A DNA stretch of 64,000 nt from Curvularia clavata (Eukaryota). The stretch spans positions 434,001 through 498,000 of the forward strand of contig CP089276.1 of the NCBI GenBank assembly GCA_023920165.1, read 5' to 3'. Below are positions 1-12,772 of the stretch, in pieces (position 1 is the first letter of the stretch; the number at the start of each line of letters is the position of its first letter). The notes beneath the pieces were generated by a model. It was not told the DNA's origin, searched no databases, and saw only the letters and a program-made list of their open reading frames with translations. Position numbers and translations under genes: made by a program.

Positions 1-1367
1 GGTTGCCTGCGCGTGGACCTATGGACCGAGCGTTGTTATCTCGCTTGCCCTGGAGAGAGGGGTGTGCTCCAGCGAGCTGGAAGGGCGCTCTGGAACGGTT
101 TGCGCAAGCCATTGACAGCGGGAACGGAACAAGACAAATGAGCAGAGGCCTCTGCGACGGACATAAAGTGGTCTCGCTCTTGCCGAAGGGCCAAATTGGG
201 CGGCGTGGAGTGAGCAAGAGTCCAGATCGGTCTGGTAGCGACGGATTAGGAGAAGCAAAGCCTGAGGCGCTCAGCACGAAGCGAGGACACGATGCGCTTG
301 TGGGCGCAAGCCTGGAAGCGTTCGCAGCATGTATTGATCTGCCGGATGAGCAAAGCAAAGAAGAAAAAATTTATGTTGAGGACACCGCACGAGGCGTTGC
401 GGAGGCGACAGTTGTGAGGGTGGTGTGTCGTGCATGGAGGGAGAGTAGAGGGGTAAAGATCGCCGGCAGCGGAAAGGCATTGAGGATGCCAATGGCGAAA
501 GATAACGCCTTCAGTGTCGCAATAGGTGACGAGGCATGGCAAGGCGGAGCCAAGGGCCAGGATGCACAAGGGTCCATGGCAGTGTACAAATGCGGGCAGG
601 GGAGGAGGGTGCATAGATGGATTCAGATGGGCGGCTTACGCGAGCAGCAGCAAAGAGGAAAGGTGAGTATATTTGGGCGTCGTGTTTGTGAGCAAGGCGG
701 GCAGCAGACGGGGAGCGGCGATAATCGACAGAGCAGCCCCCATGACTGCTGCTGGGCTTCGCTTGGTGAGAGGGGACGTTTGGCCTCAGTCATCTGCGCA
801 CCGGGGGGTAGAGCCGGGCAGATGACTAGTAGTAGCCAAGTCACGCAGTTGGATCGGAGGCGGAGGTGTCAGCAGGTAAAGGGTTTGGGAGCGGCCATGA
901 CGAGTACGAGCAGGCCCGCGGCCGAAGACGAGAGACGAATGGCGTGCTGGGTGGGTGAGGGGGTGCAGGCGTATGCAGAGGCTACAGCGCTTGCGACAAA
1001 AATTCAGACGTCGATGCTTGGCTGCATGGTCAGGCCGTGCGGAGAGGACCCTGGCCGCCTGCTGAGGTGACTGGGGGGAGTGCTAGCGCGGTGAAAGCGT
1101 GGGTGTGGGTGTAGTCGAGTGGGTATGGCTCAGGGTGGTGTGCTGCCAGTGTGCCTGAGCGCGACTTAAGTATATGCCCCATCTTCCTCCCGCCGCCTGC
1201 TCCACTCCCACGCACGCACGCACGCTCCTCCGCACCTCTCTCTATCCGCTGACTCCCACCTGAGGCATTTTGTTATAACCTGCTGCCTGCCCCTCTCTTT
1301 CTCAGACTACATATCCACCACACCCCTCGTCGACTCGGCCTCACCACCCACATCCACATCCTCCACA

Positions 1368-1844
1368 ATGGCTTCCCAGATGGAGTGCTTCAACGACTTC
1401 TGTCTCTCCTGCGACCGCCAGATTGCCGAGAACGGCGTCTACTGCTCACAGTCGTGCCGCCTCGCCGACCTCGAGAGGGCCGGCAGCATTGCACAAGCAC
1501 CCTCGCAGCTCTCGTCATCGGCCTCATCATCGTCGTCTTCCAACAGCGGCTTCTACCTCGCTCCAGCAATCAACTTCTCCGCCTACAAGGCCTCGTCAAG
1601 CTCACCACAAGCTCCCTCGAGCCCCTACCACTACTACCCCACGGCAAACGGCAACTACTTTGCTCCCCCCTCAGCGACCACCCAACAACGCAGCCTGACG
1701 CCCTCATCATCACGCTCATCACTGGCCTCGTCATCGTCTCGCACCCAGTCGGGCATCTCGCAGCAAGCCGCCTCTCAGCTCAACAGCTACGTCCGGTCCT
1801 TTGACCAGACCCGCGACGTCAAGAGGAGGTACACTCAGTACTAA
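1368..1844 (+). CDS. Ecl1-family (extender of chronological lifespan-like) small Cys-motif protein
   Basis: 158-aa ORF with good start context (cacaATGG). N-terminal FCLSCDRQ..YCSQSCRLAD Cys motif is typical of Ecl1/2/3, followed by a Ser-rich tail. Confidence 0.8.
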   Translation: MASQMECFNDFCLSCDRQIAENGVYCSQSCRLADLERAGSIAQAPSQLSSSASSSSSSNSGFYLAPAINFSAYKASSSSPQAPSSPYHYYPTANGNYFAPPSATTQQRSLTPSSSRSSLASSSSRTQSGISQQAASQLNSYVRSFDQTRDVKRRYTQY

Positions 1845-4800
1845 ACTACTCCTCCTCGCCCAATCCTCGCGGTTGGTTTCACGACTCTAACGACGACAAG
1901 GGAGCCATGAGCGTTTTGGGCTCCCTCCCTTCTACCCACCCTTCTTCATCATCATCATCGTCATCATCTCAGTTTTGCATTGGGCCCTACGCCCTTGACC
2001 GGCAGGGACAGGCATGGGTCCTCGGAGTTCACCAGCATAGCCATCACCGCTGCTCTGCGTGTTTAGTGTTTCTGTACCGTTTGTTTCCTTTGTCACGATA
2101 CGTCGAAGCGCGGTGTACGATCAAAAGTATTCTATATCGATATCCCCTTTTGTCTTTTTTTTGGGGGGGCGCAGGGTCATGGGAGCCCCAGAGTTTGGTC
2201 TTTTCTGGAGCATTTGCAGCCCCGGCGATGGGTTTGCCAGTAGTCGGGACGGTCGGATACGTCCCTCTTGTTTGTGCGGGCCGACGGTCGCACCTGCTTT
2301 TCTCACCTCTCCATAGCCTAGTAGTAGTAGCCACTTCTCGAATGGATCAACGGCCACGGGCACAGACTCGTGGCCTGACACACACACAACAAACTTTTTC
2401 TCTCTCCCTCTTACTTGTGCTCCCACCTGATACTTGTCCCACCCCCTCGCCGAAACGCGACATGGTCCGTTTCCCATCTTATCTCATCTCATCTCATCCC
2501 ATCCTATTCCATCCCGCTCCGCTGCATCCTATCGAGCCTGTGGCATCCGATAAGCTCAAACTGGGACACACGCAGGCCGCAGACGTGGCGCCGTAAACTC
2601 TATGTGCCGTCGAGTCTTACAGGGTCCGAATTGGCTCAAGGCACAAGGCACGTCCGGCCTTTGGCTCCGAATTGCTTCTGGCCCGTTGGTCGTTGACTCT
2701 TGGGCCGACCAGGAAGAATTTTTTCGCCATGATCCAGAGCCAGCCACTCCGCAGAGCATCCGCAACACCCAGGGCGGGCGGGCGCGGTGGCGATGGTCAG
2801 ACACACCGGGGGGGGTACTCTTGTTCCCAACGAACAGGGCGCACCCACTCTGGCGCCGCGACCCCTCTGCTGGGAAGGGCGAGGGAGTTGGGCGTCTTGG
2901 AAACATGACCAGGTAGTCGCCTGCATCTGCGCTTGCCGGCTCCTGCCGCTGTGATTGGCCCTGGCCGTGGCCGCTGTGGGGCGCCTCGTCCTTGGCTTCT
3001 CCGCACTTTGGTGAACGGCCCGTCCATCGTCATGGGCCTCCGGCGACAGGCTGCTTGGAAAAAGCAACAGTCGCTCCCTTCGTCATGCCGCGTTTCTGAC
3101 AGAGGGCAATCTGTCGCCATTGCGCAACCCGGCCACATCATCCCCGACTGCCCAATCCAGCAATGCCATTGTCGTCATGTCATGGCCGCCCTGTCCGCGG
3201 TGCTCCATGGCCTCATCACCACCACAATCACGCAACCCGCCCGGCGTGTTTTTTCTTCCTGTTACCCACAACCCACAGCCGCGACGACTTTGGCTCGGTC
3301 CCCCATCCGCGCGCACTGCCAGCTCAGCAGGCTCCACTTGGCAAGCGAGCCCCGGAGTCGACAGTGGGCCGTCCGGGCCACGGCTTTGCCTGCCCACGGC
3401 ACACTGCCTCTCTGCTATTCGTACCGACCCCGAGCCTTAGGTCGTCATTCATTGCCATGCAGGTGCGACGACTGTCGACCCTTCGTCGTGTGACATGGCG
3501 CTAGTCCCCTATTCAGTCACACCACTCACAGCCCACCCGGCGTGAACGATTCCGACTTCCGACCTTTTTTTTGCACTTCGTCCCCGAAACAACCTGTTGA
3601 CTCAGCACTCGTAGCATGCAAGCTGCCTGCTCCTTTCGCATCTCGTCCCGTCTCTAGCTAGCCCCAGCGCGCGGCTCTCTTGTTGCAGGGTTAGGCTGGC
3701 TCGTCTGTTGAGCCAAAGCAATGGCCACTTGTCGCGACGGTCCGGAGAAGCCTACCAAGTCCCCGACGGCAAACCCGAGGCTCACAGGGCGTCTTGAGCC
3801 TCTTCCAGACTCTCAGGAGCCGAAGCTCGCTACCAAGCCGCAACACACAAAAACAACTGTTTTTTTCTTCAACAAACGGCAGCTTGCAGCCGGCATCCGA
3901 GTGCCCCTATGATTGGCAGCACCCGCCCGCAGCCTGGTTGCCATTTTCCGACGGCCAGTCACCATGGCTCGATGCTGTAAGATCGCCTTGCACGCTGCGT
4001 CGCGTCGTCCTTACTTTATTGCCTCAAAGATTTGCACCTAGTCTCCAACTGCGTACCAGCGGAGAGGCCGTCCATGCAGCCGTTCCTGTCGCAATGCTGA
4101 TCACTCTTGCAAACATGAGGGACGCCTATCGCCTAGCCCAACGACAGCGTGCTCAACCGCTTCGAGTGTGGCTCAGTGCAGGCACCAGCCTATGCGAAAC
4201 CATAATGGCAGCCTTCTCGCCCCCAAGAAAGCGTATCAATACTCATAGCATGCTGAACCATCCGATGATCATGTTTGGCTCATGCAAGGCACCCGCATGG
4301 CAGGTGTCAAGCGTCATGACTATGTATTGATACTGCCACAGAGCGATCAGCTAACCTATCGTGTCTTCTCGCTTATCGCACTCGTCTCAACCCGTGAACT
4401 TTGGGTTTCACCCTTACACCCACGCAGACCCACCTTACCTTTGTTTACACACGACCACAGTTTACATCCATCGCTTCGTGCCTTGATTCCTGGCAAAACT
4501 GGTGCCGTGACCGTACCATTCGCACGGTATCAACTGCCGGCCCTAGTCGATAACCAAGCGCCTGTGCCCATAATGTCTCAAAGGAGGCGTGGGATATACG
4601 ACGGCTGATGACTCGACAATTAGGAATTGTAGAAGCGCATAATTGCATCACGATTACTTATCAATGAAACACTAATCGGCGACTGCGCGATCGAACCCCC
4701 CTGACTCGCACACGATCTGCCCAATACAGAAGTTACCCTGCAGGACGACACGGCACGCGCCGTCACGATCAGATCGCCAGATCTCAGGATCGTTTTTATG

Positions 4801-6747
4801 CTATTAGCATGCAAGCAATTTGTTCCAACCACCTGGCCGTAACAGCATGATGCACAAAACTCTTGCTGAAAAGTTATGAATGTCATGCCCCTTCGCTAAA
4901 ACAAGCCTATGCCTTTGCTACACACCCTCACTTGACTTAGTGCACTGAGGACGAACGACGCCATGTCCAAAGTGCCGACACTAACGTAACGCACGTGGAC
5001 ACAAGGCAGCGCAAACAGGTCGTACAAGACTCTACATTCAGCATTATACGTTTTGGTCTAGCCACAAGGACAAGGCGACGGCTTTTACAATTTTCTGCTT
5101 TTTCTCTACGCCTCAGAGCTGAGGCTGAGCCCAACAGGTTTTGGGCTGCCAGCCAGCCACATCCGGCGCCTACAACGATTCATCACCCTCCGAAATTCCA
5201 CCGTTGTGGCCAAACAAAAGCGACCATGAACTCTTCTACCACTGCCTGGCGTAACTTGGCGTTTGACGCGGCAGAACAAAAAAAATCGACGTGAAATGGA
5301 ACGGTCATAACTTTTGTCGCAAAGTGTATGATGTGTTTTTGTGATCGTGTCATGATGTAAGAATTGGGCAGCAAAGACTCAGAGGACTAAGATTTTGTAA
5401 ATTCCCCTGACTGTGGGTCCGGTGAGCTGGAGTATTGCGAACCCGCGCATATGGTTCAACGTACACACTTGTCGCCCTCTATCTGGATCCACGTCGAGGT
5501 GTTTTTGTGGATAACACGTTGGGCACTGCAGTGGCAAACATTACTGCAACTTGAATCGATTTTAGGAAAGAACGAACTTGCCAAACGCGTCATTACGTAG
5601 ATGTGTGGGTTCGCTCAAGGATAGAGATGTTTTTCGGGTACTGTACATTGTTGGGCAATGATGTGCGGTGCAACGTGTGCGCTGGCGCAAATCGCGGTAG
5701 AGCGGCCAAACGACATTGACAGAAAGGAAGAAGAGTAGCGTCGAGTGACTAAAGGCAAATTTACTAGATAGAATATCGTTCTTAGTAAACATAATCAATT
5801 AACAGATTGAGCGAAATCCGCAATGTCGTGGCCAAACAGTATAGCTGTATAGCTAAACGGCTTTTTTACTCCTTCTCCATCCACATTGTCGATGTATCCA
5901 CTTTCAACTGCAACATAACCATCTTTTTCACACAATGGAAACTTTCTTCTTTCTCTCCTACTTCACCATCCATTGACTAAAAATAACCCTCTCCTCTAGA
6001 TATACCAGCAAGTGTAAGCATACACCCGTCTCGCTCTAGTTCTGACATTTCTATGTATAGACCAAAGTGTTCACCTTCCAAATCCTAATATCACTGAAAC
6101 GGTGGACTGGACCGAAGAAACAAAAAGGGTACAACTTTGGGCTCTGCTAACCTAATGTTGAGTACCAAGGTTCTTGTGGAACATTGGGTAAAAGGACAGC
6201 CTACTTGTGATGTTGTAGACATTTACTAGTAGAGAGGAAGAAGGAAAAAGAAATGTGCCCATAGATACCCATATCCGTAGTCTATTGCTAGCTCCTTTAG
6301 AGAATAGGCGCAAGAGAGTACTCTCCTATTCTCGCACGTTTCAGAGCAGAGAATGGGGTTCAGACACAAATTATGGTTCAAGCACTGGACTGAAAACCCC
6401 CCCCCAAAGGCTTAATTGAAGCTGATAAAGCCAAAAGCTACAGGTCCTCCCCCACAGAGAGGGGGAGAAATAAAAGTAAGAGTAATCTATAATACAAGAA
6501 GCGAATTAAGCAAAGAAAAAAAGTAGAAGAGGTATCCTACTTCGCCCATAATAGTTGAGCCAACCCCTAGAATCCAGGAAAGCGTAAAGTTCGACAAACA
6601 GCACTCTTTGCAAAAAATCCAACAATCCCAAATCTTACCAAAACCCCTCAAGAAATCCAGAACGCAGTGTATCGCCGTTCTTCCAAGTCCAGAAGGAAAA
6701 AGAAAAACAACAAGAAGAAGAATTTGTGCAAATCCAAGACCAGAAAA

Positions 6748-9057
6748 TCAAGCACCACCACCACCACCACCACCCGCCATAGCCATCATTTTTCTCCTCT
6801 GCTTCTCCGCCCACTCCCTACTCGCTATGCGTCCCCTCTCCGCGGCCTCTGCCCTCGCTCTCTTCGCCGCCTCTTCCTTTTCTCTGCGCTCACGCTCTCT
6901 CGCTTCCTTCTCCACACGGTCACGATTAAACACCTCTTTGCCTTTGAGCTTAAGCAGCACCGCGTCTTCAGGTGTAACGACCGCCTTGGGAACAATGATG
7001 CTACTGCGATTGGCTGAGGAAGTAGATGTGGAGCGAGATTGAGACAAGGGCTGGGAGAGCGACATGCTGCTTCGCTTGCTGGCGAGGGAAGTGGAGCGTT
7101 GTTGCTGTTGCTGTGGCTGTAGCTGTGGCTGTGGGGGAGGCGGTGGAGGACCAATTGTCACGCCAGGTGCTTGTTGTGCTGGTCGAATAGGGACAGAGAC
7201 GGGTTTGCGGACAGGAGCTGGTCGTGGCTTGAGTGCTTCTTTTTTCGCTGCTTCGGCTTCCTCCATGCGCTTGAGACGCTCTTCCTTTTTCAGGCGCAGC
7301 TTCTCGGCCACGGCGGAACCGGGGAGCTCAAAGCTTGCCTTTGTGGGCGCTTTTGTTGATTTTGCAAGTGGTGCCATGCTTATGCTGGCTGGACGCTGCG
7401 TGGGTGCGGGTTGCTCAGCCTCCCGCTTCAGCCGTTCTTCCTTCTGTGCCTTGAGCTTCTCGGCTATCTTCTCCCCTGGTAGCTGAAAGGTAGGCTTGGT
7501 GAGCGGTTTATTTGATTTTGGTGGAGGTGGCATGCTGATTGGTCGTGCCTTTGGTGCTGTGCCCTCTGCTTCTCGCTTCAAACGCTCCTCTTTCTGCGCC
7601 TTCAGCTTTGCTACGACGTCACCACTTGATAACTGAAACGTTGGTCGGGTAGGAGCGCGTCCCTTTGGTGGCGGAGCTGGCGTAGGGAATGACATGCTGA
7701 TCGGCCGACGTTTCGAAGCGAGATAGTTCACCGTCTCTGCATGAGCTGTCTTGACTTCCTTGTTAGATGCAGTACGCGCATTGGACGCACGAACTGCTGG
7801 AGGCTTGTTCGATTTCATGCTCGTTGGGGCGGCAGCACTGGGGGCTTTGGATACTCTTGCAGCTATAGTCGTGGTTCCGTGAATCGATCTTGGGCGTGCG
7901 CCTGTTGTACCAGTTACATGCATTGATTTTGGGCGTACGCTTGTTGCACCAGCTACGTGCATTGACTTCGGGCGCACGCCTGCCGTACCAGTAGTCTTGG
8001 AGACTTTTGTCCTCTCGGGTAATGTCTCCTCGTCCAATGTGTCAATTCTGGCCACTGAGGTGACATTCTCCAGAGCCTCTTCAAGTGCATCAATCGCTTC
8101 AAAAGACTCCTCGAGACGCATGGGCGACTTGGAGGGGCTACGTGATGCCCGTCGACTTGAGGTCTGGCTTCTTAGTGGGGTCATTATATCTTCACTGGGT
8201 TTCTCGGCTGCAAGTGTCTTTGGCTCTGCTACTGAACTGATTTCGACGGAGGGTGCCGGGACGTCAGCTGCTGCTTCGGAGACCTGGTTCTGAGGCTCTT
8301 CGACCTGGGGCATTACTGGTGAAACATCTGGGGATGTTTCAGGCTTGTCTACGGACTCGACTATAGGCTCGTGTTGGACCTCTTCAGCAACCGCCTCTGG
8401 CTCCACGACAGGGTTTTCCTGCACAATTACATTTTCTGTTTCCGGTACCGCATCCGCAACCTCCTCTGGCACTTGTTGATGTGTTTCTGTGGCTTCGACC
8501 ACATCTGCTGTCGACTCTGAAGTCTCAGCCACTGGCTCCTCGACTGGAAGAGAAGCGCTCTCCGCCTGTCTCTTCTCCTCTTCTTGCATGGCCAATTGGC
8601 GGCGGGTCAGTCGGACAGGCTTGGGCGGCGGTGTCACGGGTCGTTCCATCTTTGCAGGAGCCTCTGCATCACCCGGAGCGTCTGCTGAGGAGTCCATAGC
8701 GGGGTTTGTAGGGGCAGCAGTCGCATCCTGAGATTGGATGACGGTTTGCGACTCAAGCTTGCCATGGTCGGTGCTTGTAGACACTTCGATGGCCTCGAAT
8801 GCTGCCTGCTCTTCTTCCTCCTCTTCCTCCTCAGCAGCTTTGCCTTTTTTTCCTTTCTTTGCGCGACCCTTCCCTTTGCCCTTCTTCGCGGGAGTCTTTG
8901 CAGGTGTTTTGGCGGGGGTTTTTGCAGGCAGATCCTCTTCCTCGTCGTGGACTTGTTCGGTTGACGCATTCGATGTTATTTCGTTGAGCGGCGCGCGCTC
9001 GGTCGCGTCGGTGGTCTCATCATGGCCCTGCTGGGCGCGCGCACGAGTCACACGCAT
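6748..9057 (-). CDS. Conserved fungal low-complexity/coiled-coil protein with internal repeats (function unknown)
   Basis: Long single ORF, first real ATG at 9057 (MRVTRARAQ). Acidic N-half, three TFxLxG..KLKxxKEERLKR repeats, charged C-terminal helix (RARAEAAERGRIASREWAEK). Confidence 0.8.
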   Translation of the reverse strand: MRVTRARAQQGHDETTDATERAPLNEITSNASTEQVHDEEEDLPAKTPAKTPAKTPAKKGKGKGRAKKGKKGKAAEEEEEEEEQAAFEAIEVSTSTDHGKLESQTVIQSQDATAAPTNPAMDSSADAPGDAEAPAKMERPVTPPPKPVRLTRRQLAMQEEEKRQAESASLPVEEPVAETSESTADVVEATETHQQVPEEVADAVPETENVIVQENPVVEPEAVAEEVQHEPIVESVDKPETSPDVSPVMPQVEEPQNQVSEAAADVPAPSVEISSVAEPKTLAAEKPSEDIMTPLRSQTSSRRASRSPSKSPMRLEESFEAIDALEEALENVTSVARIDTLDEETLPERTKVSKTTGTAGVRPKSMHVAGATSVRPKSMHVTGTTGARPRSIHGTTTIAARVSKAPSAAAPTSMKSNKPPAVRASNARTASNKEVKTAHAETVNYLASKRRPISMSFPTPAPPPKGRAPTRPTFQLSSGDVVAKLKAQKEERLKREAEGTAPKARPISMPPPPKSNKPLTKPTFQLPGEKIAEKLKAQKEERLKREAEQPAPTQRPASISMAPLAKSTKAPTKASFELPGSAVAEKLRLKKEERLKRMEEAEAAKKEALKPRPAPVRKPVSVPIRPAQQAPGVTIGPPPPPPQPQLQPQQQQQRSTSLASKRSSMSLSQPLSQSRSTSTSSANRSSIIVPKAVVTPEDAVLLKLKGKEVFNRDRVEKEARERERREKEEAAKRARAEAAERGRIASREWAEKQRRKMMAMAGGGGGGGA

Positions 9058-9520
9058 CGTCAATGCCCAATTGCAGCCAAGGGGTGTTGTTTGGGGATTT
9101 CCAATCGTCTCTGCCGCGCTGCGATGCTCGAGTGTTGATGCTGCACAAGGGTGGATCCGCCTCACAACAAATATCCCTGCCGAGTAAGGCGCGTGCGCAC
9201 GTGCCAGGCGTTCAGCACGTGACCGTGTGTGCTTCACTCGCACGCGACGGCCACGCGGCGCCCCAACATCCGTGCGTGCGTCCGCTTTCGGACGACAGCG
9301 AGTTTTTTTATAGAGACGGTAGAAGTAATGGCCACTTGATGGTCAATTGCCGGTCAAAAACATTGATTGCCGACATTAAACCCCGTGTTTGACTCGTCTG
9401 CGCGGACTGAGCATTGTGTGCACCGACCGCACATTGGAATTGAGACCGTGCGACTATTCCCTTCCGTACCAGCGCTGCTCTTCATCTGCGCTCCTCACAG
9501 CGCAGGTCTCCGAATTCCGG

Positions 9521-11098
9521 ATGTTTGCAGCCCCGCGCTTGCGTTTCCTTGCCGTGAACAGCCGTCGTCAACCCCGCATAGGCATGTCGTCACCTCGTTC
9601 GCGGGCTGCGTCCCGCCTCATCCAAGTCTCCAACCATTTAGATGCGAAGAAGCCCTTCCTCGAATTGAACACTCCCTTTTCCACCGAACGCAGCGCACGC
9701 ATCGAAGACGAACAGGGCAACCGCATATTGCCCAAGAAGACAGAACCACCAAAGCCCCAAGTCAAGCCTGTCCAGCCAGCCGAGGCAGTCAAGCAGGAAG
9801 CCAAAGACATCAAGGAGACCGCAGAACCACCACGGAAAATGTCTAACCAACCGCCACACCCTGCGTTGCTCATTCCTGGGCCCATTGAGTTTGACGATGC
9901 CGTCCTCAACTCCATGAGCCACTACAGGTAAACTCCGGTTACGTCTTAACAAGACCCCTTGACTAAGTACATGCAGCGAATCGCACGTCGGCCAGCCCTT
10001 TGTGAACACCTTCAGCGAGGTCTTGGGAAACATCCGCAAGCTCTTCGTGTCCAGCGATCCTGCCGCGCAGCCCTTTGTCATCTCCGGCTCTGGTACTTTG
10101 GGATGGGATCAGGTCGCCGCCAATCTGGTGGAGCCAGGCGATGAAGTGCTTGTTCTGCACACCGGTTACTTTGCCGACTCGTTTGCCGACTGCTTCGAGA
10201 CATATGGCGTCAAGGCAACACAGCTCAAGGCCCCCATTGGCGAGCGACCACAACTCGACGAAGTTGAGGCGGCATTGAAGGAGAAGGAGTACAAGATCTT
10301 GACCGTCACCCACGTAGACACCTCTACCGGTGTGCTGAGCGAGATCAAGGCTCTGAGTGAGCTCGTTCACCGAGTGAGCCCTGAGACACTGGTCGTTGTA
10401 GACGGTGTCTGCAGTGTTGGCTCTGAAGAAATCCGCTTCGACGAATGGAAGCTTGACGCCGTCCTCACAGCTTCGCAAAAGGGTATTGGCTGCCCAGCGG
10501 GTTTGAGCATTATGATGGTGTCTGGTCGTGCCATCGAGAGGTTCAAGGCAAGGAAGACACGGCCAACTTCGTACTTTGGCTCATGGAAGAACTGGCTACC
10601 AAGTAAGCAGCCATTATTCACTCTAATCACTGCTAGCACCCACCTAACGCGATTCTAGTCATGCAAAACTACGAGGCAAAGAAGCCATCCTACTTTGCAA
10701 CTCCCTCCCCACAACTCATCCATGCCCTTGACACTTCCCTCAAGCAAATCCTCTCGCGACCAATTGAGGACTACTGGGCTGCGCACAAGGCTGCGTCGCA
10801 AAAGGTCAAGAAGGCCGTCGCGGATCTGGGCCTCAAACAACTGGCCTCAAAGCCCGAGAACCAGGCTAACGGTATGACTGCCATCTACCTTCCCGATGAC
10901 ATGACTCCTCCCCAGGTCCTGCCCAACCTGCTCAAGAAGGGTGTCATCTTTGCCGGTGGTCTGCACAAGGAGATCGCTACTAAGTACATTCGGTTTGGCC
11001 ACATGGGTGTTAGTGTGACAGACCCGAACCGCCCAGATATCACCAAGGCCATTGAGAGCTTGAAGGAGGGTCTGGTTGAGGCCGGATACAAGGCCTAA
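9521..11098 (+). CDS. AGX1: Alanine-glyoxylate aminotransferase (class V PLP enzyme); exons ~9521(or 9839)-9927, 9977-10602, 10659-11098
   Basis: Motifs LLIPGPIEF, SGSGTLGWD, THVDTSTGV, VVDGVCS, TASQK (PLP lysine) and IRFGHMG. GT-AG introns 9928-9976 and 10603-10658 join the three ORF pieces in frame. Confidence 0.93.
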
Positions 11099-11713
11099 TT
11101 CTGTGTTTAGATTGATGCTATACGAAAAATATACAGGAAAGATAAATACAAGAATAGATCAGTAGAGGCTCGTCCATGTTGTTGTTACAAGGAGAACGTT
11201 TTTTTTTGTATCTTGAGTTTTGTGACTATGTTTGGAATTGAGCTCTCGTTTCGACTATTCCCACCAACAGCAATCAACATCTTATCTACCTAACTCGCTC
11301 TAGGATCTTTACTGCTTCCGGATACCAGAAACCGAGCCTATTAGGCGTGTCCAAGACCAGTTTGCCAAGTGTCGCCCAGGAACAACAAGAGCCTACGAAG
11401 CGGACACAGGGCCCGCTCAAATTGCCACGGAAAAGTGAAATCATCGATACTGGTTATAAACTTCCAAGACGCGGTAAGTGGGTCCAACGAGGCTGTGTCA
11501 GTATGCTGGGTGATGGATTGGGGAAAAGATGGCCGTCAGTTCGCCTTTTTACGAGCAAAGTAATGGGTTCAGTTTGCTTGCATCTATCTACAGGAACCTT
11601 GGATCAAGAAAGCAATCACCCTCTTGTACTCTCTTTCATCAATACTCTCCCTTACCTTTATCCCTTCACGCTCGCTTTTGTCTTTCCGAACTCTCTCAAA
11701 TGCACCCATAACC

Positions 11714-12772
11714 ATGACCACCCCCTCACGAACCCACCACCAAACCTGGTCCCCAACCTGGGCCACTGCGCCCCCTTCCTCTTGCTCCACGTTGCGTAAC
11801 CTCAACGGCGCCATATCCTGGGGCGAGCGCTGTGTCTTCGCCCAAGAAGACGGTGACCCCTTGCCTTTCAGCATAGACACCGCTTGCATGCCTTGGATCA
11901 CATCGACTGCTTACCCCCCTGCATCCGCCTTTTACTCACCCGCTACCGCCTGTCCTGATGCGTGGACAGCGGTTGCTACGCAAAGCGGCGTGGCGAGCAG
12001 AGAAGGGTGGCTAGAGGGGGAAACAGGGTTGCAGTGTTGTCCGGCGGGGTTTGAAGCGGATGGCAAAACGAGATGTAGACTTGGTGGGCAGGGGAAGTGG
12101 CCGGTTGTGGAGTGTGGAGAAGCCGATGCGGAGGAGAATGAGTTAAGGACATACGATGCGGCGGCGGGGAGTAAGGGTGCAAAACCGACGGCTGCGGCAC
12201 TGATGTTGAGGTATAGAGGTGGAGATGTTGGGCCTGAGGCGAGTGGGACGGGGAGTGGGAGAGAAGGAGGTGATGGTGGTGGGATATCAACGGGTGCGGT
12301 GGCAGCTGTTGCTACTGTTATCCCACTTGCATTTGTTGTCGCTGCGATTGTAGCGTGGATTATCTGGCGTCGAAGACGAAGTAGAACAAGTGGTCATCTC
12401 GCACTGTTGACTAAGAGCAGCGAGAAGGGAGAAAGTGCATCTAGTTCCATGGATACAGTAGGGCATACTGGGTCCAAAGGCACTGCCGCGAAGTATACTA
12501 TGGGCTCTTTTTCGTCTCAGTTTCCCCACGAGACTCCAGAGTGGAATGCGGAAATGGATGCTACGGATACTGAGCGGAAGCAACTCGTCACTTCTCGTGG
12601 AGCTAGAGCAGCAGTGGGAAACGAAGCAACAGGAGAAGCGGCAGAGTTGGGAGGTGTGATGAGGGTGCCGAGAAAGCAAATCGCACCCGTTGAGATCGAC
12701 GGTGTGCAGATTGTTCCGGAGATTGGGGACGCGTATATTCCATATCGTCCTGGGGTTGAAGCGGGTGGATAG
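11714..12772 (+). CDS. Single-pass membrane protein with Cys-containing ectodomain (Mid2/Wsc-like architecture)
   Basis: ATG at 11714. CMP..YSPA.ACP..W and CCP.GF motifs, Gly-rich linker, TM segment AVAAVATVIPLAFVVAAIVAWIIW followed by RRRR, and cytoplasmic AEM/AEL/VEID motifs. Confidence 0.75.
   Translation: MTTPSRTHHQTWSPTWATAPPSSCSTLRNLNGAISWGERCVFAQEDGDPLPFSIDTACMPWITSTAYPPASAFYSPATACPDAWTAVATQSGVASREGWLEGETGLQCCPAGFEADGKTRCRLGGQGKWPVVECGEADAEENELRTYDAAAGSKGAKPTAAALMLRYRGGDVGPEASGTGSGREGGDGGGISTGAVAAVATVIPLAFVVAAIVAWIIWRRRRSRTSGHLALLTKSSEKGESASSSMDTVGHTGSKGTAAKYTMGSFSSQFPHETPEWNAEMDATDTERKQLVTSRGARAAVGNEATGEAAELGGVMRVPRKQIAPVEIDGVQIVPEIGDAYIPYRPGVEAGG

Noticed and set aside
3..1070. 355-aa ORF at the window start
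   Set aside because: Non-ATG start, no recognisable motif, and composition typical of the GC-rich upstream region of the Ecl1-like gene.
1907..5400. Many overlapping 60-230-aa ORFs
   Set aside because: No domain motifs or codon bias. Consistent with 3' UTR and GC-rich intergenic sequence.
5930..6300. ATG plus intron-like gtaagc...ctgac...tag and Cys-containing fragments
   Set aside because: Multiple stops in every frame and no identifiable family. May be a relic, but this cannot be supported.
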